In this document: piece after piece, positions 19,628-28,972 of the stretch | How positions within the stretch are numbered: the first letter of the stretch is position 1 | Layout of the letters: each line of letters starts with the position of its first letter | Origin: Thermoanaerobaculia bacterium | GTDB taxonomy: Bacteria > Acidobacteriota > Thermoanaerobaculia > Multivoradales > Multivoraceae | Assembly: GCA_963664405.1 (NCBI GenBank) | Contig: OY761158.1 | Span: 4,640,001-4,704,000 of the forward strand | Length of the DNA: 64,000 nt | Reading direction: 5' to 3' | Notes under the pieces: generated by a model | Database searches by the model: none | The model's input: the letters and a program-made list of their open reading frames with translations, nothing else | Told to the model about the DNA's origin: nothing | Translations under genes and position numbers: made by a program

Positions 19628-20735
19628 GGCCGTGTTTGTCGTGCCACTCCTTCTCCAACATCCGCGCCCCGAGCAGCGTGCCTCGCATGGCGTAGTTGGC
19701 TTCGTGGCAGGCGACTTCATAGATCAGGTCGTCACTGCGCGGCATCGGTAACGAGCCTCCGTAGGGAGCGGCGTAGTCGGGGTCTTCGACCTCGAACTCG
19801 TAAAACAGCGTGCCGTCGTCTAGCCGAGTGAAGCGCTCGACGATGTGGAGCTCCTCATGGGGTGTCCCCCAGTCGCGAAGGAAATTGGTGGTGTCGACCA
19901 CCAAGGTCTCTCCCTCCCACCAGCCGATCGAGTCGCCCGAGAGTGAACGGACTTCGGGCGGCGCGTGCTCGGCAGAGCCCCCCTCGTCGTTGAGGCGGAT
20001 TACGCGAGCCCAGTGCATCCATTCGATGAGAATCACGACCTGAGTCTCGGTCTGGATGATCTTCTTGAAGTTGTTGTAGGCCCCCGGCAACATCGGAATC
20101 GTGCGCGCACCGGCGTAGAGGCAGCGCGAGCCGAGCCCAAGCATCTCTGGATGATCGAAGATCCGATGGTCGCCGAAGGTGTAGGTGAGAGGCTGACCGT
20201 TCGGTCCGAGGACTCCCTCCTCCAGCCACCAAGCACTATCTGGATTTGAGGGACCGTTGTAGTCACCGAATGCGAAGGGAAGGAGATGCTCTTTCCCCAC
20301 CGCACTCATAGGCGGCATGCGACCGTCTCTTGGTTCAGTGAGGATGGAGTTGCGATACTTCCCGTCGAGCACAAAGGGTGTGTCGCCCATGTCGAGAAAG
20401 ACCTTGAAGGCACCGCCGACGTTCTGCGACTCGTTCTTGCCTCCGACCACTGGCGCACCACGATTCGGATCGCTGTCGGCGAACCATCGCTCCTTCGTCG
20501 CTGCCATGGCGTCCTCGATCGCCTTTGCGTCTTCGACGCTCATATAGCGATCGTCGCCATACTTCGCACTGCGCGCGATAGGCGTTCGAGTCTTGATGTC
20601 GTAGGTGCCCGACAGATCCGGTTTGCCGCTCGGGGTGCGAGGGAGGTTGTTTTCGGCTGCCGAAGTCGGCAAGCAGGTGAGACCGAGAAGTACCAGGGCA
20701 AGCAGAACCCTTGTCGGCATCGAGGAATCCTCCAA
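19611..20735 (-). CDS. Secreted hypothetical protein (paralogue of 50768-51739)
   Basis: Signal peptide; RTPSGKPDLSG, YNNFKKIIQT, GDSIGWWEGETLVVDTTNF, ERFTR, YEVACHEANY. Confidence 0.85.
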   Translation of the reverse strand: MEDSSMPTRVLLALVLLGLTCLPTSAAENNLPRTPSGKPDLSGTYDIKTRTPIARSAKYGDDRYMSVEDAKAIEDAMAATKERWFADSDPNRGAPVVGGKNESQNVGGAFKVFLDMGDTPFVLDGKYRNSILTEPRDGRMPPMSAVGKEHLLPFAFGDYNGPSNPDSAWWLEEGVLGPNGQPLTYTFGDHRIFDHPEMLGLGSRCLYAGARTIPMLPGAYNNFKKIIQTETQVVILIEWMHWARVIRLNDEGGSAEHAPPEVRSLSGDSIGWWEGETLVVDTTNFLRDWGTPHEELHIVERFTRLDDGTLFYEFEVEDPDYAAPYGGSLPMPRSDDLIYEVACHEANYAMRGTLLGARMLEKEWHDKHGPSFRE

Positions 20736-20929
20736 AGTTTCGTCTGGAGGAATGATGTCACGCTCGGTCGATAAACCGAGTGACCGGGCCGGCCGTTGGC
20801 AAGCTCTTCGGCGACATGGAGCTCGACCGCGGTTTCGACCGGCTAGGAGCGTGTCCGAGAATTCGGACAGGCGAGTAGTTCTTAGGGGGGGATGGGCCGG
20901 AGAACGGGCCGCAGGTCCGTTTTCCGGGG

Positions 20930-22273
20930 CTAGCGAGAAACGCGATAGAGATGCGTTCCGGAGCGCAGAAGGATGGCATCGCCGGCGATCGCCGGGCCGG
21001 CGGTGAAGCGGGCATCGAACTCGTTCTCGGCGAGCAGCTCGAACTCTCGCGCCGCGGAGACGACCGTTACGGTTCCGCCGATGCCGGTCAGATAGATCTT
21101 GCCGTCGGCATGCACCGGGGACGCCCAGTAGGTGGCTGCCTTACTCGAGCCGGCGCCGGAAAAGCGCGCCTTCCAGACTTCTTCACCGCTCTTCGCGTCC
21201 TGGCTGGTCATCACTCCGCCGTCACTGACCATGAAGACCAGGTCGTCCACGATCAGGGGCGAAGAGATCTCGGGGGCTCCTCGCGTTGTACTCCAGGCGA
21301 TGTGGGTTGCGGTGACGTCGCCGCTTCCTGAGGGGCGGACGGCCACCAGGCGTCTGGAATTGCCCTGGGTGAGATAGACGAGACCGTCTTGGTAGATCGG
21401 ACGACACGCCACATTCCAGCCCCAGCCTTCATGCACGACTCGCCACAGCTCTTCGCCGGTCTCGGGGTCGTAGGAGAAGGTGACCTCGGCGCCGGGGCTG
21501 ATCAGCTGCCGCCGCCCCTCATGCTCGATGATTGCCGAGGTCGCGTAGGATTTTCTGTTGTCGCTCGGCTTTCGTTTGAGCACTTTGTCGACGTCTTTGA
21601 CACCCTGCGCCTTCAGCTTGGCAACGAAATCACTCTCGACCGCCCGATTCTGCAGCCACAGAGTTGCGCCTGTTCTCTTGTCGAGGGCGGCTACGAACTG
21701 GGCGTCGACTCCGTCGTAATTTAGGAAGAGGGAGTCGCCGTCGATGATCGGCGACGAGGCGGGCCGTACGCGGTGATCGCAGTTGAGGTCGCGACGCTCC
21801 CACAGCTTCTCGCCGGTCTCGGTGTCGAGGGCGGCGGTTCCATAGCTCCCGAAGTGAGCGTAGATGCGCCCCTCCTCGATGATCGGTGTGGGTGTGGCGT
21901 GGGTGTTTTGAACACCCCACTCCGCTTGCGGCTTTGCCACGTCGAAGACCTTGATGTCGTGAATGACCTCGCCGCTTGCGAGATCGACCGCGATTGCGAA
22001 TAGCTACGATCCATCCTCGCGTGCGGTCGTCAACCAGATCTGGTTGCCCCATACCACCGGAGAGGACCAACCCTCATCGTGAATAGCTGTCTTCCAAACC
22101 ACATTCTTCGATTCACCGAAGTCGACCGGGAGATTCGTGGCCGGGCTGTTGCCGTCACCGCTTGGACCACGAAGCTGATTCCAGTAGTCGTTGTCGGTGG
22201 TCTCGGCGGTGGCGACTGCGGCTATTGCAGCGGTGCAGGCAACGAGCACTAGAGCGAGCTGAAGGTGCCTCAT
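20930..22273 (-). pseudogene. PQQ-like (BamB-type) beta-propeller protein with in-frame TAG at 22004-22006
   Basis: Signal peptide, WNQLRGPSGDG, WSSPVVWG, AREDGS*LFAIAVDLASGEV continuing in frame into ORF 20930-21940. Confidence 0.82.
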
Positions 22274-22444
22274 CTTCTGACTCCTGGGGACGGTTCTCGA
22301 ATATAGGCGAGATCCGGCGCAGTGGCTCGGCGACGGCACAAACATGGGACAGTGTACCAAGAAATTCGCTATCGAGACTCGAGCCGACTTGGCCTACCGC
22401 CATCGATCCGCCCTGGTGTGTAAGATCCAGGTTGGTAGTAACCT

Positions 22445-24538
22445 GTGCCGCTGAGCGTCGTTCAATTGCCAACCTCGAGGTCATCCTCGCGTCCGCTCTC
22501 GGAGCCTCTGAGCTCTGAGTCTCCAGAGTCAGGCTCGTATCGCCTGAAGAGTGCGGTGGCCTGTTGTCGGCGGCGACTTCTCCTAGGCCTGTTCGTCGTT
22601 TGGGCAGGGGGTTCGATCGCTGTCGCGCAGCGTGGAGCACAAGACGGTGAGTGGCGCCACATCGGTGGCGGCCATGGTGCTGCCAAATACTCGCCGCTGA
22701 GTCAGATCGACTCCGAGAATTTCGCCCAGCTCGAAGTGGCATGGCGCTGGGAGTCCGCCGGCAAGCGGGTCGAGGAGTTGTCTCCCTATCCGCGAGAGTA
22801 CTTTCGAGCGACACCGCTGATGATCAGGGGGCGCGTCTACGTGCCCACCGAGCTGGGGCAGGTCGCCGCTCTCGATGCGGGCAGCGGCGAGGAGCTCTGG
22901 GTCTACGACCCTGAGAGCTACGAGCGTGGCAAGCCGGGGATGTACTGGCGCTACACCCGCAGTCTCGAGTACTGGAGCGACGGTGTCGAAGAGCGCGTCT
23001 TCATCGCGACCATGGGGCGGCAGCTGGTGTCGGTCGACATCGCCACCGGCTTGCCGGATCCGCGCTTTGGGGAAGACGGCATCGTCGATCTGTCGCGCGA
23101 TCTGGGGCGTGAGGACTTCCCGGTGGGCAACATCAGCCACGGGGCGCCGGTGATCGTGTTCCGCGACAGGGTCATCGTCGGCTCGAAGATCTTCGACATG
23201 ACCTTGCGCCGCAGCAGTCCTCCGGGTCACATCCGGGCCTACGACGTGCGCACCGGCGAGCTTTCGTGGCGCTTTCACACGATTCCCCAAGAGGGCGAGT
23301 TGTTCACCGAAACCTGGGAGAACGACTCCTGGCGGGGCATGGGCAACACCAATGCCTGGGCGCCGATGAGTGCAGACGAGGAGCTCGGCTACGTCTACAT
23401 TGCCACCAGCACTCCGACCAATGACTATTGGGGCGGGGAACGTCACGGTGACAACCTCTTTGCCGAGAGCCTGCTCTGCCTCGACGCCGCCACCGGCAAG
23501 CGTGTCTGGCACTTCCAGACCGTGCACCATGGGATCTGGGATTACGACATCGCCTCGGCTCCCAACCTCGTCGACGTTGTGGTCGACGGCAGGTTGAGAA
23601 AGGCCGTGGCGCAGGTGTCGAAGACGGCGTTCACCTATGTTTTCGACCGGGCGACGGGCGAGCCGCTGTGGCCGATCGAAGAACGTCCAGTCGAGGCGAG
23701 CACGGTTCCTGGCGAGAAACTGGCGTTGACACAGCCTTTTCCGACCAAACCCCCCGCCTTCGACCGGGTGGGGGTGAGCGTCGACGATCTCATCGACTTC
23801 ACTCCCGAGCTCGAGAGGGAGGCCCGTGACATTGGAGAGAAGTTCAAGCTCGGACCGATCTTCATGCCTTTGATCCTCGCCGGGGAGGGGGGCAAGCTCG
23901 GGACGGTCGTGGTGCCCGGTGCCGGTGGGGGTGCCAATCATCCAGGAGCCTCGATCGACCCGGACACCGGCCTTCTCTATGTGCAATCGATGACTCGCCC
24001 TACCGGAATGGCACTGATCGAGCCCGACCCGGTTCGCTCCGATTGGAAATACATGCTCGATCGAGTAAGGGTCGAGGGTCCGCGAGGGTTGCCTCTCTTC
24101 AAGCCGCCTTTCGGTCGGATCACGGCAATTGATCTCAGGATCGGCGAACACGCGTGGCAGGTCCCGTTGGGTGATGGTCCGACTCGACATCCGGCCATCA
24201 AGCATCTCGGCCTCGGGCCACTGGGGTCCAAAGAAGTCGGCAATCAGGGCGGCCTGTTGGTCACCAAGACTCTGTTGATCGCTTTCGCCCCCAAGTACGG
24301 CGAGAACGGTGAGCTGGTTCCGGGCAGCGTGGCGCAGGCTTATGACAAGGCGACCGGCAGGCTCTTGGCCGAATTCGATGTCGACATCAGCCTCTACGGC
24401 GCTCCGATAACCTATCTCCACCGGGGGCGTCAGTACATCGTGGCCGCCGGCGGTGGCACCAACGATCGGAGAGGGCCGGATTGGGAAGCGCGGGAGGCTG
24501 CGCTGGTTGCGTTCGCGCTGCCGGAGCTGCCTCCCTAG
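22445..24538 (+). CDS. Second secreted PQQ-dependent dehydrogenase (start uncertain)
   Basis: Same motifs as 6840-8939, including WHFQTVHHGIWDYDIASAPNL. Confidence 0.9.
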   Translation: MPLSVVQLPTSRSSSRPLSEPLSSESPESGSYRLKSAVACCRRRLLLGLFVVWAGGSIAVAQRGAQDGEWRHIGGGHGAAKYSPLSQIDSENFAQLEVAWRWESAGKRVEELSPYPREYFRATPLMIRGRVYVPTELGQVAALDAGSGEELWVYDPESYERGKPGMYWRYTRSLEYWSDGVEERVFIATMGRQLVSVDIATGLPDPRFGEDGIVDLSRDLGREDFPVGNISHGAPVIVFRDRVIVGSKIFDMTLRRSSPPGHIRAYDVRTGELSWRFHTIPQEGELFTETWENDSWRGMGNTNAWAPMSADEELGYVYIATSTPTNDYWGGERHGDNLFAESLLCLDAATGKRVWHFQTVHHGIWDYDIASAPNLVDVVVDGRLRKAVAQVSKTAFTYVFDRATGEPLWPIEERPVEASTVPGEKLALTQPFPTKPPAFDRVGVSVDDLIDFTPELEREARDIGEKFKLGPIFMPLILAGEGGKLGTVVVPGAGGGANHPGASIDPDTGLLYVQSMTRPTGMALIEPDPVRSDWKYMLDRVRVEGPRGLPLFKPPFGRITAIDLRIGEHAWQVPLGDGPTRHPAIKHLGLGPLGSKEVGNQGGLLVTKTLLIAFAPKYGENGELVPGSVAQAYDKATGRLLAEFDVDISLYGAPITYLHRGRQYIVAAGGGTNDRRGPDWEAREAALVAFALPELPP

Positions 24539-26064
24539 GGGCCCGCCAGCTGCTGGTTCGGCAGCTCCATACGATCGATCAGATCGCAGGTCTCGTTGCG
24601 CACGCCTTTGTCGGTCCGGATCTCGGTGTCGAAGACGAGATGTCGGTCGGATGCGGTAGCGTAGGCGGGCCACGCTGGGAGTCCGTCGACATTGGGATCG
24701 CTGGCGGTGGCGAACTCGACCCAGTAGCGAATCATCGCGTCGGCGAGGCGCAGATCCGACTCGCTGGCGCCCTCCTCGAGAGTATTGAAGACGTAGCCGA
24801 TCTCGAGAGCGTGGTTGGCGCCCATCTCGGGGGCCTTTTGATTCGGCCGGGTGAAGTAGTAGCGCCAGGTATGGGAGGCGACTTTGTCCATGCCGCGTAC
24901 CATCGTCCTCACCGGCGCGGCAAACCATGAGTCGCCGCGCCAGGCCGCCGCGGCTGCGGTGACCTCGGCCTCGTTTCGGGCAGGATAGAGGGTGAGGAAG
25001 TCGTCGACGTGCGACCCCATCTCCTTCTTGCGAGCCGCGCGATACTCCTCCGGGGTCGAGAAGGGTAGCCGGCGCGCGAACATGGTTCCCTCGTCGGCAT
25101 TGGTGCCGATCACCAGTGGCACATCATGCTGCCGGCCTTGGCGGTAGAGATCGACTGGGTGGTCGGTGAAGACCCTGCCGTCGACCGCGAGAGCGACTGA
25201 GAATCCTTCGGCGGCGAGGATGTCTTCGGCAGGGATGTCACGCAGGGCTGCGAGCGTGACCTCGTGGCCATCGCCCACCAGCTTGCGGGCGAAATCCTCG
25301 CCCGCGGCCTCGAAGCCGCCGTCCACAGAGGAGCGCAAGCGCTTGACGTTGCTCGACCCGAACCATGGGCTTTCGGCAATGGCGCGGTGAAAGAGACCCT
25401 TGGCGAGCGGGCTCACCGACAGAGCCGCGACGCTCGTGCCGCCGGCCGACTCACCGAAGATCGTTACATTGTCTCGATCGCCGCCAAAAACGCCGATGTG
25501 GTCGCGCACCCACTCGAGAGCCATGATCGAGTCGAGAATGCCGTAGTTGCCCGAGACGCCGTGCTCGGACTCTGCCGAGAGCAGCGGATGGGCCAGAAAG
25601 CCGAGCGCGCCGAGGCGATAGTTGATCGACACCAGCACGATACCGCGCCGGGCGAAGGCCTCGCCGCTGTAGCGCGGCACGCTGGCGGCGCCACCCGAGT
25701 GGCCGCCGCCGTGAATCCAGACCATCACGGGATGGCCATCGTCGCTCTCTTCGGCGGGCGCCCAGACGTTGAGATAGAGGCAGTTCTCACTGCTCGGTGG
25801 GTTGCGCTGAGGGCATTTGGGTCCGAACTCCTTCGCCTCGCGCACGCCTTTCCAGCTCCATGCCGGCTGCGGGGGGCGCCAGCGCAGCTCGCCTACGGGT
25901 GGCGCGGCGTAGGGGATGCCGAGGTAGACGGCGACTTTGCCGTCGTCGGTAGTGCTGCCCGATAGCAGGCCGACCCTCTCGAGCCCGACCTCGTCGGCGG
26001 CGGCCGCGAGCGGCAGGCAGAGGACAAGGGCAAGAGCGAGAACGAGTGCACGGCTGTCGAACAT
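24535..26064 (-). CDS. Type B carboxylesterase (pNB-esterase-like), secreted
   Basis: GIPYAAPPVGELRW, SENCLYLNVW, VWIHGGG, catalytic FGESAG, GANHALE. Confidence 0.93.
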   Translation of the reverse strand: MFDSRALVLALALVLCLPLAAAADEVGLERVGLLSGSTTDDGKVAVYLGIPYAAPPVGELRWRPPQPAWSWKGVREAKEFGPKCPQRNPPSSENCLYLNVWAPAEESDDGHPVMVWIHGGGHSGGAASVPRYSGEAFARRGIVLVSINYRLGALGFLAHPLLSAESEHGVSGNYGILDSIMALEWVRDHIGVFGGDRDNVTIFGESAGGTSVAALSVSPLAKGLFHRAIAESPWFGSSNVKRLRSSVDGGFEAAGEDFARKLVGDGHEVTLAALRDIPAEDILAAEGFSVALAVDGRVFTDHPVDLYRQGRQHDVPLVIGTNADEGTMFARRLPFSTPEEYRAARKKEMGSHVDDFLTLYPARNEAEVTAAAAAWRGDSWFAAPVRTMVRGMDKVASHTWRYYFTRPNQKAPEMGANHALEIGYVFNTLEEGASESDLRLADAMIRYWVEFATASDPNVDGLPAWPAYATASDRHLVFDTEIRTDKGVRNETCDLIDRMELPNQQLAGP

Positions 26065-26185
26065 GGACGGACCTCCAGGAAGAGTGGACGGCAAAGGGGT
26101 GACGAGGCGAACTCGCAACGTCGGATCATAGCAATCCTTCACTCGTGGCAGTGCGGCTCTCGATCTCGCCCGACGATGGGATAGA

Positions 26186-26830
26186 TTGATGGCAATGACT
26201 AGAAGTTCTGGTTCGAGACGATGGCCGATCCTCCGATTGGCGCTTATGGTGGCCTTTGTTGGCTGTCTGATTGCCGGTTCCGCGCCGGCAGAGGTCGAGC
26301 TGACGCCTTTGGTGGGTCTTCAGGCGGGCGGTAGCATCGGCACTCGACAGGGTGACCTCGAGATCGATCCTTCGGCTGCGCTGGGGCTCCTCGTGAGTTG
26401 GCGTGTTCGTAGCGATGGAATGGTCGAGCTCCTTTACACGCGGCAGGACACTGAGATGGACCTCGATGCGAGCCGGCTCTTCGATCTCACCGTGGAGCAG
26501 TTCCACTTTGGTGGACTGTGGGAGATCCGCGACTACACCCAGACCCGCCCGTTTCTCGGGATGACGCTGGGCGTGACGCGAATGAACCCCGACCTCGGTG
26601 GTGCAGGGAGCGAGACCTACTTTTCCGGGGCCATCTCGGGAGGAGTGAAGCGCTTCTTCAACGAAAAGGTTGGGCTGCGAGTCGAGGGAAGAGGACTGAT
26701 GACCTTCTCGGTCGACGAGGGAGGCATCTTCTGCGGCTCCTCATTTGGCCAATCGGGATGTGCGCTAACCGCCCTCGGCGACGCCTTCTTTCAGTTCCAG
26801 GGTTTCGTCGGCCTGATCCTGCGTTTGTAA
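26186..26830 (+). CDS. Outer-membrane beta-barrel protein
   Basis: Signal peptide, amphipathic strands, GLRVEGRG, C-terminal VGLILRL. Confidence 0.75.
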   Translation: MMAMTRSSGSRRWPILRLALMVAFVGCLIAGSAPAEVELTPLVGLQAGGSIGTRQGDLEIDPSAALGLLVSWRVRSDGMVELLYTRQDTEMDLDASRLFDLTVEQFHFGGLWEIRDYTQTRPFLGMTLGVTRMNPDLGGAGSETYFSGAISGGVKRFFNEKVGLRVEGRGLMTFSVDEGGIFCGSSFGQSGCALTALGDAFFQFQGFVGLILRL

Positions 26831-26847
26831 AAAAGAGAGAGCGGAGT

Positions 26848-27270
26848 CTAGCTCTGTCCCGACAGGGGCTCCGCGCGAGGACGCACTGCCTTCCTACCCG
26901 CTACAAGGAAGAAGATGATCAATGTAGCCAGCACGACGTTGGCGATGTCGTGAGGGAGGCGCGAAGTATCGAATAGCACCTGGTTGGCGATTAACCCGTC
27001 GACCGCGAAGAGGAGCGCGGAAGCGACACCGAGAACCAGAGCGCTTTGCCGGCGCAGGAAAGCAGCGGCTGCCGCACCGAGGAGACAGCCACCCACGACC
27101 AGATAGGCGATGCCGGTAGCTCGAGTGATACTCGGTTCGGCTGAGATCCCCGCCATTGCGGTCTGAGCGTCGACGAGAAGGCCGACACCGTGGAGGACCC
27201 ACAGCAGGCCCACCAGGGTCAACAGGGTTGCGGCGCTGACGATCAGCGCTCGACCTCGATCTAACGCCAT
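26848..27270 (-). CDS. Small integral membrane protein (about 4 TM)
   Basis: Four hydrophobic stretches; 15 bp downstream of the VOC gene. Confidence 0.7.
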   Translation of the reverse strand: MALDRGRALIVSAATLLTLVGLLWVLHGVGLLVDAQTAMAGISAEPSITRATGIAYLVVGGCLLGAAAAAFLRRQSALVLGVASALLFAVDGLIANQVLFDTSRLPHDIANVVLATLIIFFLVAGRKAVRPRAEPLSGQS

Positions 27271-27285
27271 GAGCAGACCTGGATC

Positions 27286-27807
27286 CTATCGTTCGGCAGG
27301 AGCTCCTGGGCTCGGCGACCATGAAATGCTTTCCCGAACGGCGAGGTCCGCCACATCTTGCAGCAGGGCCTCTTCTGAGAGTGTGAGATCGATGGGATGG
27401 CCGTAGGGCTGGCCGTAGCTCAGCCGAGTCGGCCAATAGATCTCGATCATGTTGCCCTCTGGATCGTCGAAGTAGAAGGCGAGCGACACGCCGTGGTTGA
27501 GCGCCATTTTGATCCCTACGCCGCGCTCGACGACGCCGCGGTAGGCATGGCGCAGATCCGCCAATGAGGCGACTTTGAAGGCGGCGTGTCTGCCCGCAGG
27601 GTTGGCGAAGATCACTACTTCGTGGGACTCCTCATCGGGTCGACTGCTGAGGAAGGCACTGCTGCTGAAGGGGTTCTCTTCTCCGCTGCCGCCCACGGCC
27701 TGCATCCCGAGGACGTGTTTGTAAAACTCGGCGAGAGCCGCCGGATCGTCGGACTGAATCCCGATGTGGCAAAGGCCGATGAGTCTCGGAGCTCCGTCTT
27801 CGGACAT
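27286..27807 (-). CDS. VOC/glyoxalase-family protein
   Basis: LCHIGI..EFYKHVLGM, HAAFKV, NHGVSLAFYFDDPEGNMIEIY. Confidence 0.88.
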   Translation of the reverse strand: MSEDGAPRLIGLCHIGIQSDDPAALAEFYKHVLGMQAVGGSGEENPFSSSAFLSSRPDEESHEVVIFANPAGRHAAFKVASLADLRHAYRGVVERGVGIKMALNHGVSLAFYFDDPEGNMIEIYWPTRLSYGQPYGHPIDLTLSEEALLQDVADLAVRESISWSPSPGAPAER

Positions 27808-27913
27808 GTCTTTCTCCTGTTCCAGCGCGAAGGTAGCGCGGGGTATTTCGACACGCGCCCCCAGCAATGATAAAACCCTCTCTCCACAAAAGAGAAAGGG
27901 ACGGCTAAGAGAT

Positions 27914-28837
27914 ATGACCAAGCTTTGTGAAGATCGCGTCTGTATCGTCACCGGCGGCGCGCGCGGAATCGGCCGCGACTACGCTCTGATGCTCGCCGAG
28001 CATGGCGCCAAGGTCGTCGTCAACGACCTCGGTGGTGCCCGTGATGGGGTCGGCGCGGATGTCGGACCGGCCCAGGGCGTCGTCAAGGAGATTGTCGCCG
28101 CGGGCGGCGAAGCCGTTGCCAACGGCGCAGATGTCAGTGATTTCGAGCAGGCAAGGGAGATGATCCAGCAGGCGATCGATACCTACGGGCGACTCGACGT
28201 TCTGATCAGCAATGCCGGCATCCTTCGCGACCGCATGTTGGTCAACATGGCGGAGCACGAGTGGGACGCTGTCATCAAGGTCCACCTCAAGGGGACCTTC
28301 GCACCGGCTCATCACGCCGCCGCCTACTGGCGCGACCAGTCCAAGGCCGGTACGCCGGTGGACGCTCGCCTGATCAACACCTCCTCGGTGTCGGGGATCT
28401 ACGGCAATATGGGCCAGACCAACTACGGCGCTGCCAAAGCAGGCATCGGTGCGTTTACGATCATTGCCTCACGCGAGCTCAAGCGCTACGGGGTAACCGT
28501 CAACTGCATTGCTCCTGGCGCACTGACTCGGCTCACCGAGGACCTCGTGGTTGGAGAGATCACCGACGAGATGAAGGTGGCGCGGGATCCCCGCTGGGTT
28601 GCGCCGATCGTTACCTGGCTGGCAAGCAGCGAGTCACGCGATGTCAGCGGCAGGATGTTCGAGGCCAGCGGTCGGACGCTTGCGATCGCGGAGAGCTGGC
28701 ATCGCGGCCCGACGGTCGATCCGGTCGAGGATCCGACCATCCTGGGACCCATCGTCCACCGCATGGTGGAAAGTGCACGGCTCAATGCGGGCTTGGACGG
28801 AAAGGACCTGGACGGCGGCCTACTGTCAGACGGCTAG
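27914..28837 (+). CDS. Short-chain dehydrogenase (hydroxyacyl-CoA DH-like)
   Basis: TGGARGIG, VVVNDLG, NAGILRDRM, NYGAAK. Confidence 0.93.
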   Translation: MTKLCEDRVCIVTGGARGIGRDYALMLAEHGAKVVVNDLGGARDGVGADVGPAQGVVKEIVAAGGEAVANGADVSDFEQAREMIQQAIDTYGRLDVLISNAGILRDRMLVNMAEHEWDAVIKVHLKGTFAPAHHAAAYWRDQSKAGTPVDARLINTSSVSGIYGNMGQTNYGAAKAGIGAFTIIASRELKRYGVTVNCIAPGALTRLTEDLVVGEITDEMKVARDPRWVAPIVTWLASSESRDVSGRMFEASGRTLAIAESWHRGPTVDPVEDPTILGPIVHRMVESARLNAGLDGKDLDGGLLSDG

Positions 28838-28844
28838 CGTCGAG

Positions 28845-28972
28845 CCTCCAGAAATGATTGCTATCATTTCCTCCGGCTCGTTTCCTGTTTGGCGCCGAGG
28901 ACGGCGCACTTGGGCGTTGCTTCCTATTCGCTTCGGACAGCGGTTTCGTTCCTGCCGCGCGGACTCCTCTAG
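28845..28972. repeat. REP-like element, homologous to 17881-18001
   Basis: GAAATGAT-TGCT-ATCATTTC + GGCGCCGAGGACGGCGCACT + TGCTTCCTATTCGCTTCGG, ending in CTAG; lies between convergent genes. Confidence 0.85.

Noticed and set aside
13889-22006. TAG recoding or pyrrolysine suggested by two in-frame ambers
   Set aside because: TAG terminates many intact genes here, no pyl genes are seen, and the two sites imply different original residues.
22583-24928. Long antisense and alternative-frame ORFs (e.g. 781 aa here; also 5034-6401, 32269-34014, 52492-54051)
   Set aside because: These are shadows of real genes in high-GC DNA, with no motifs.
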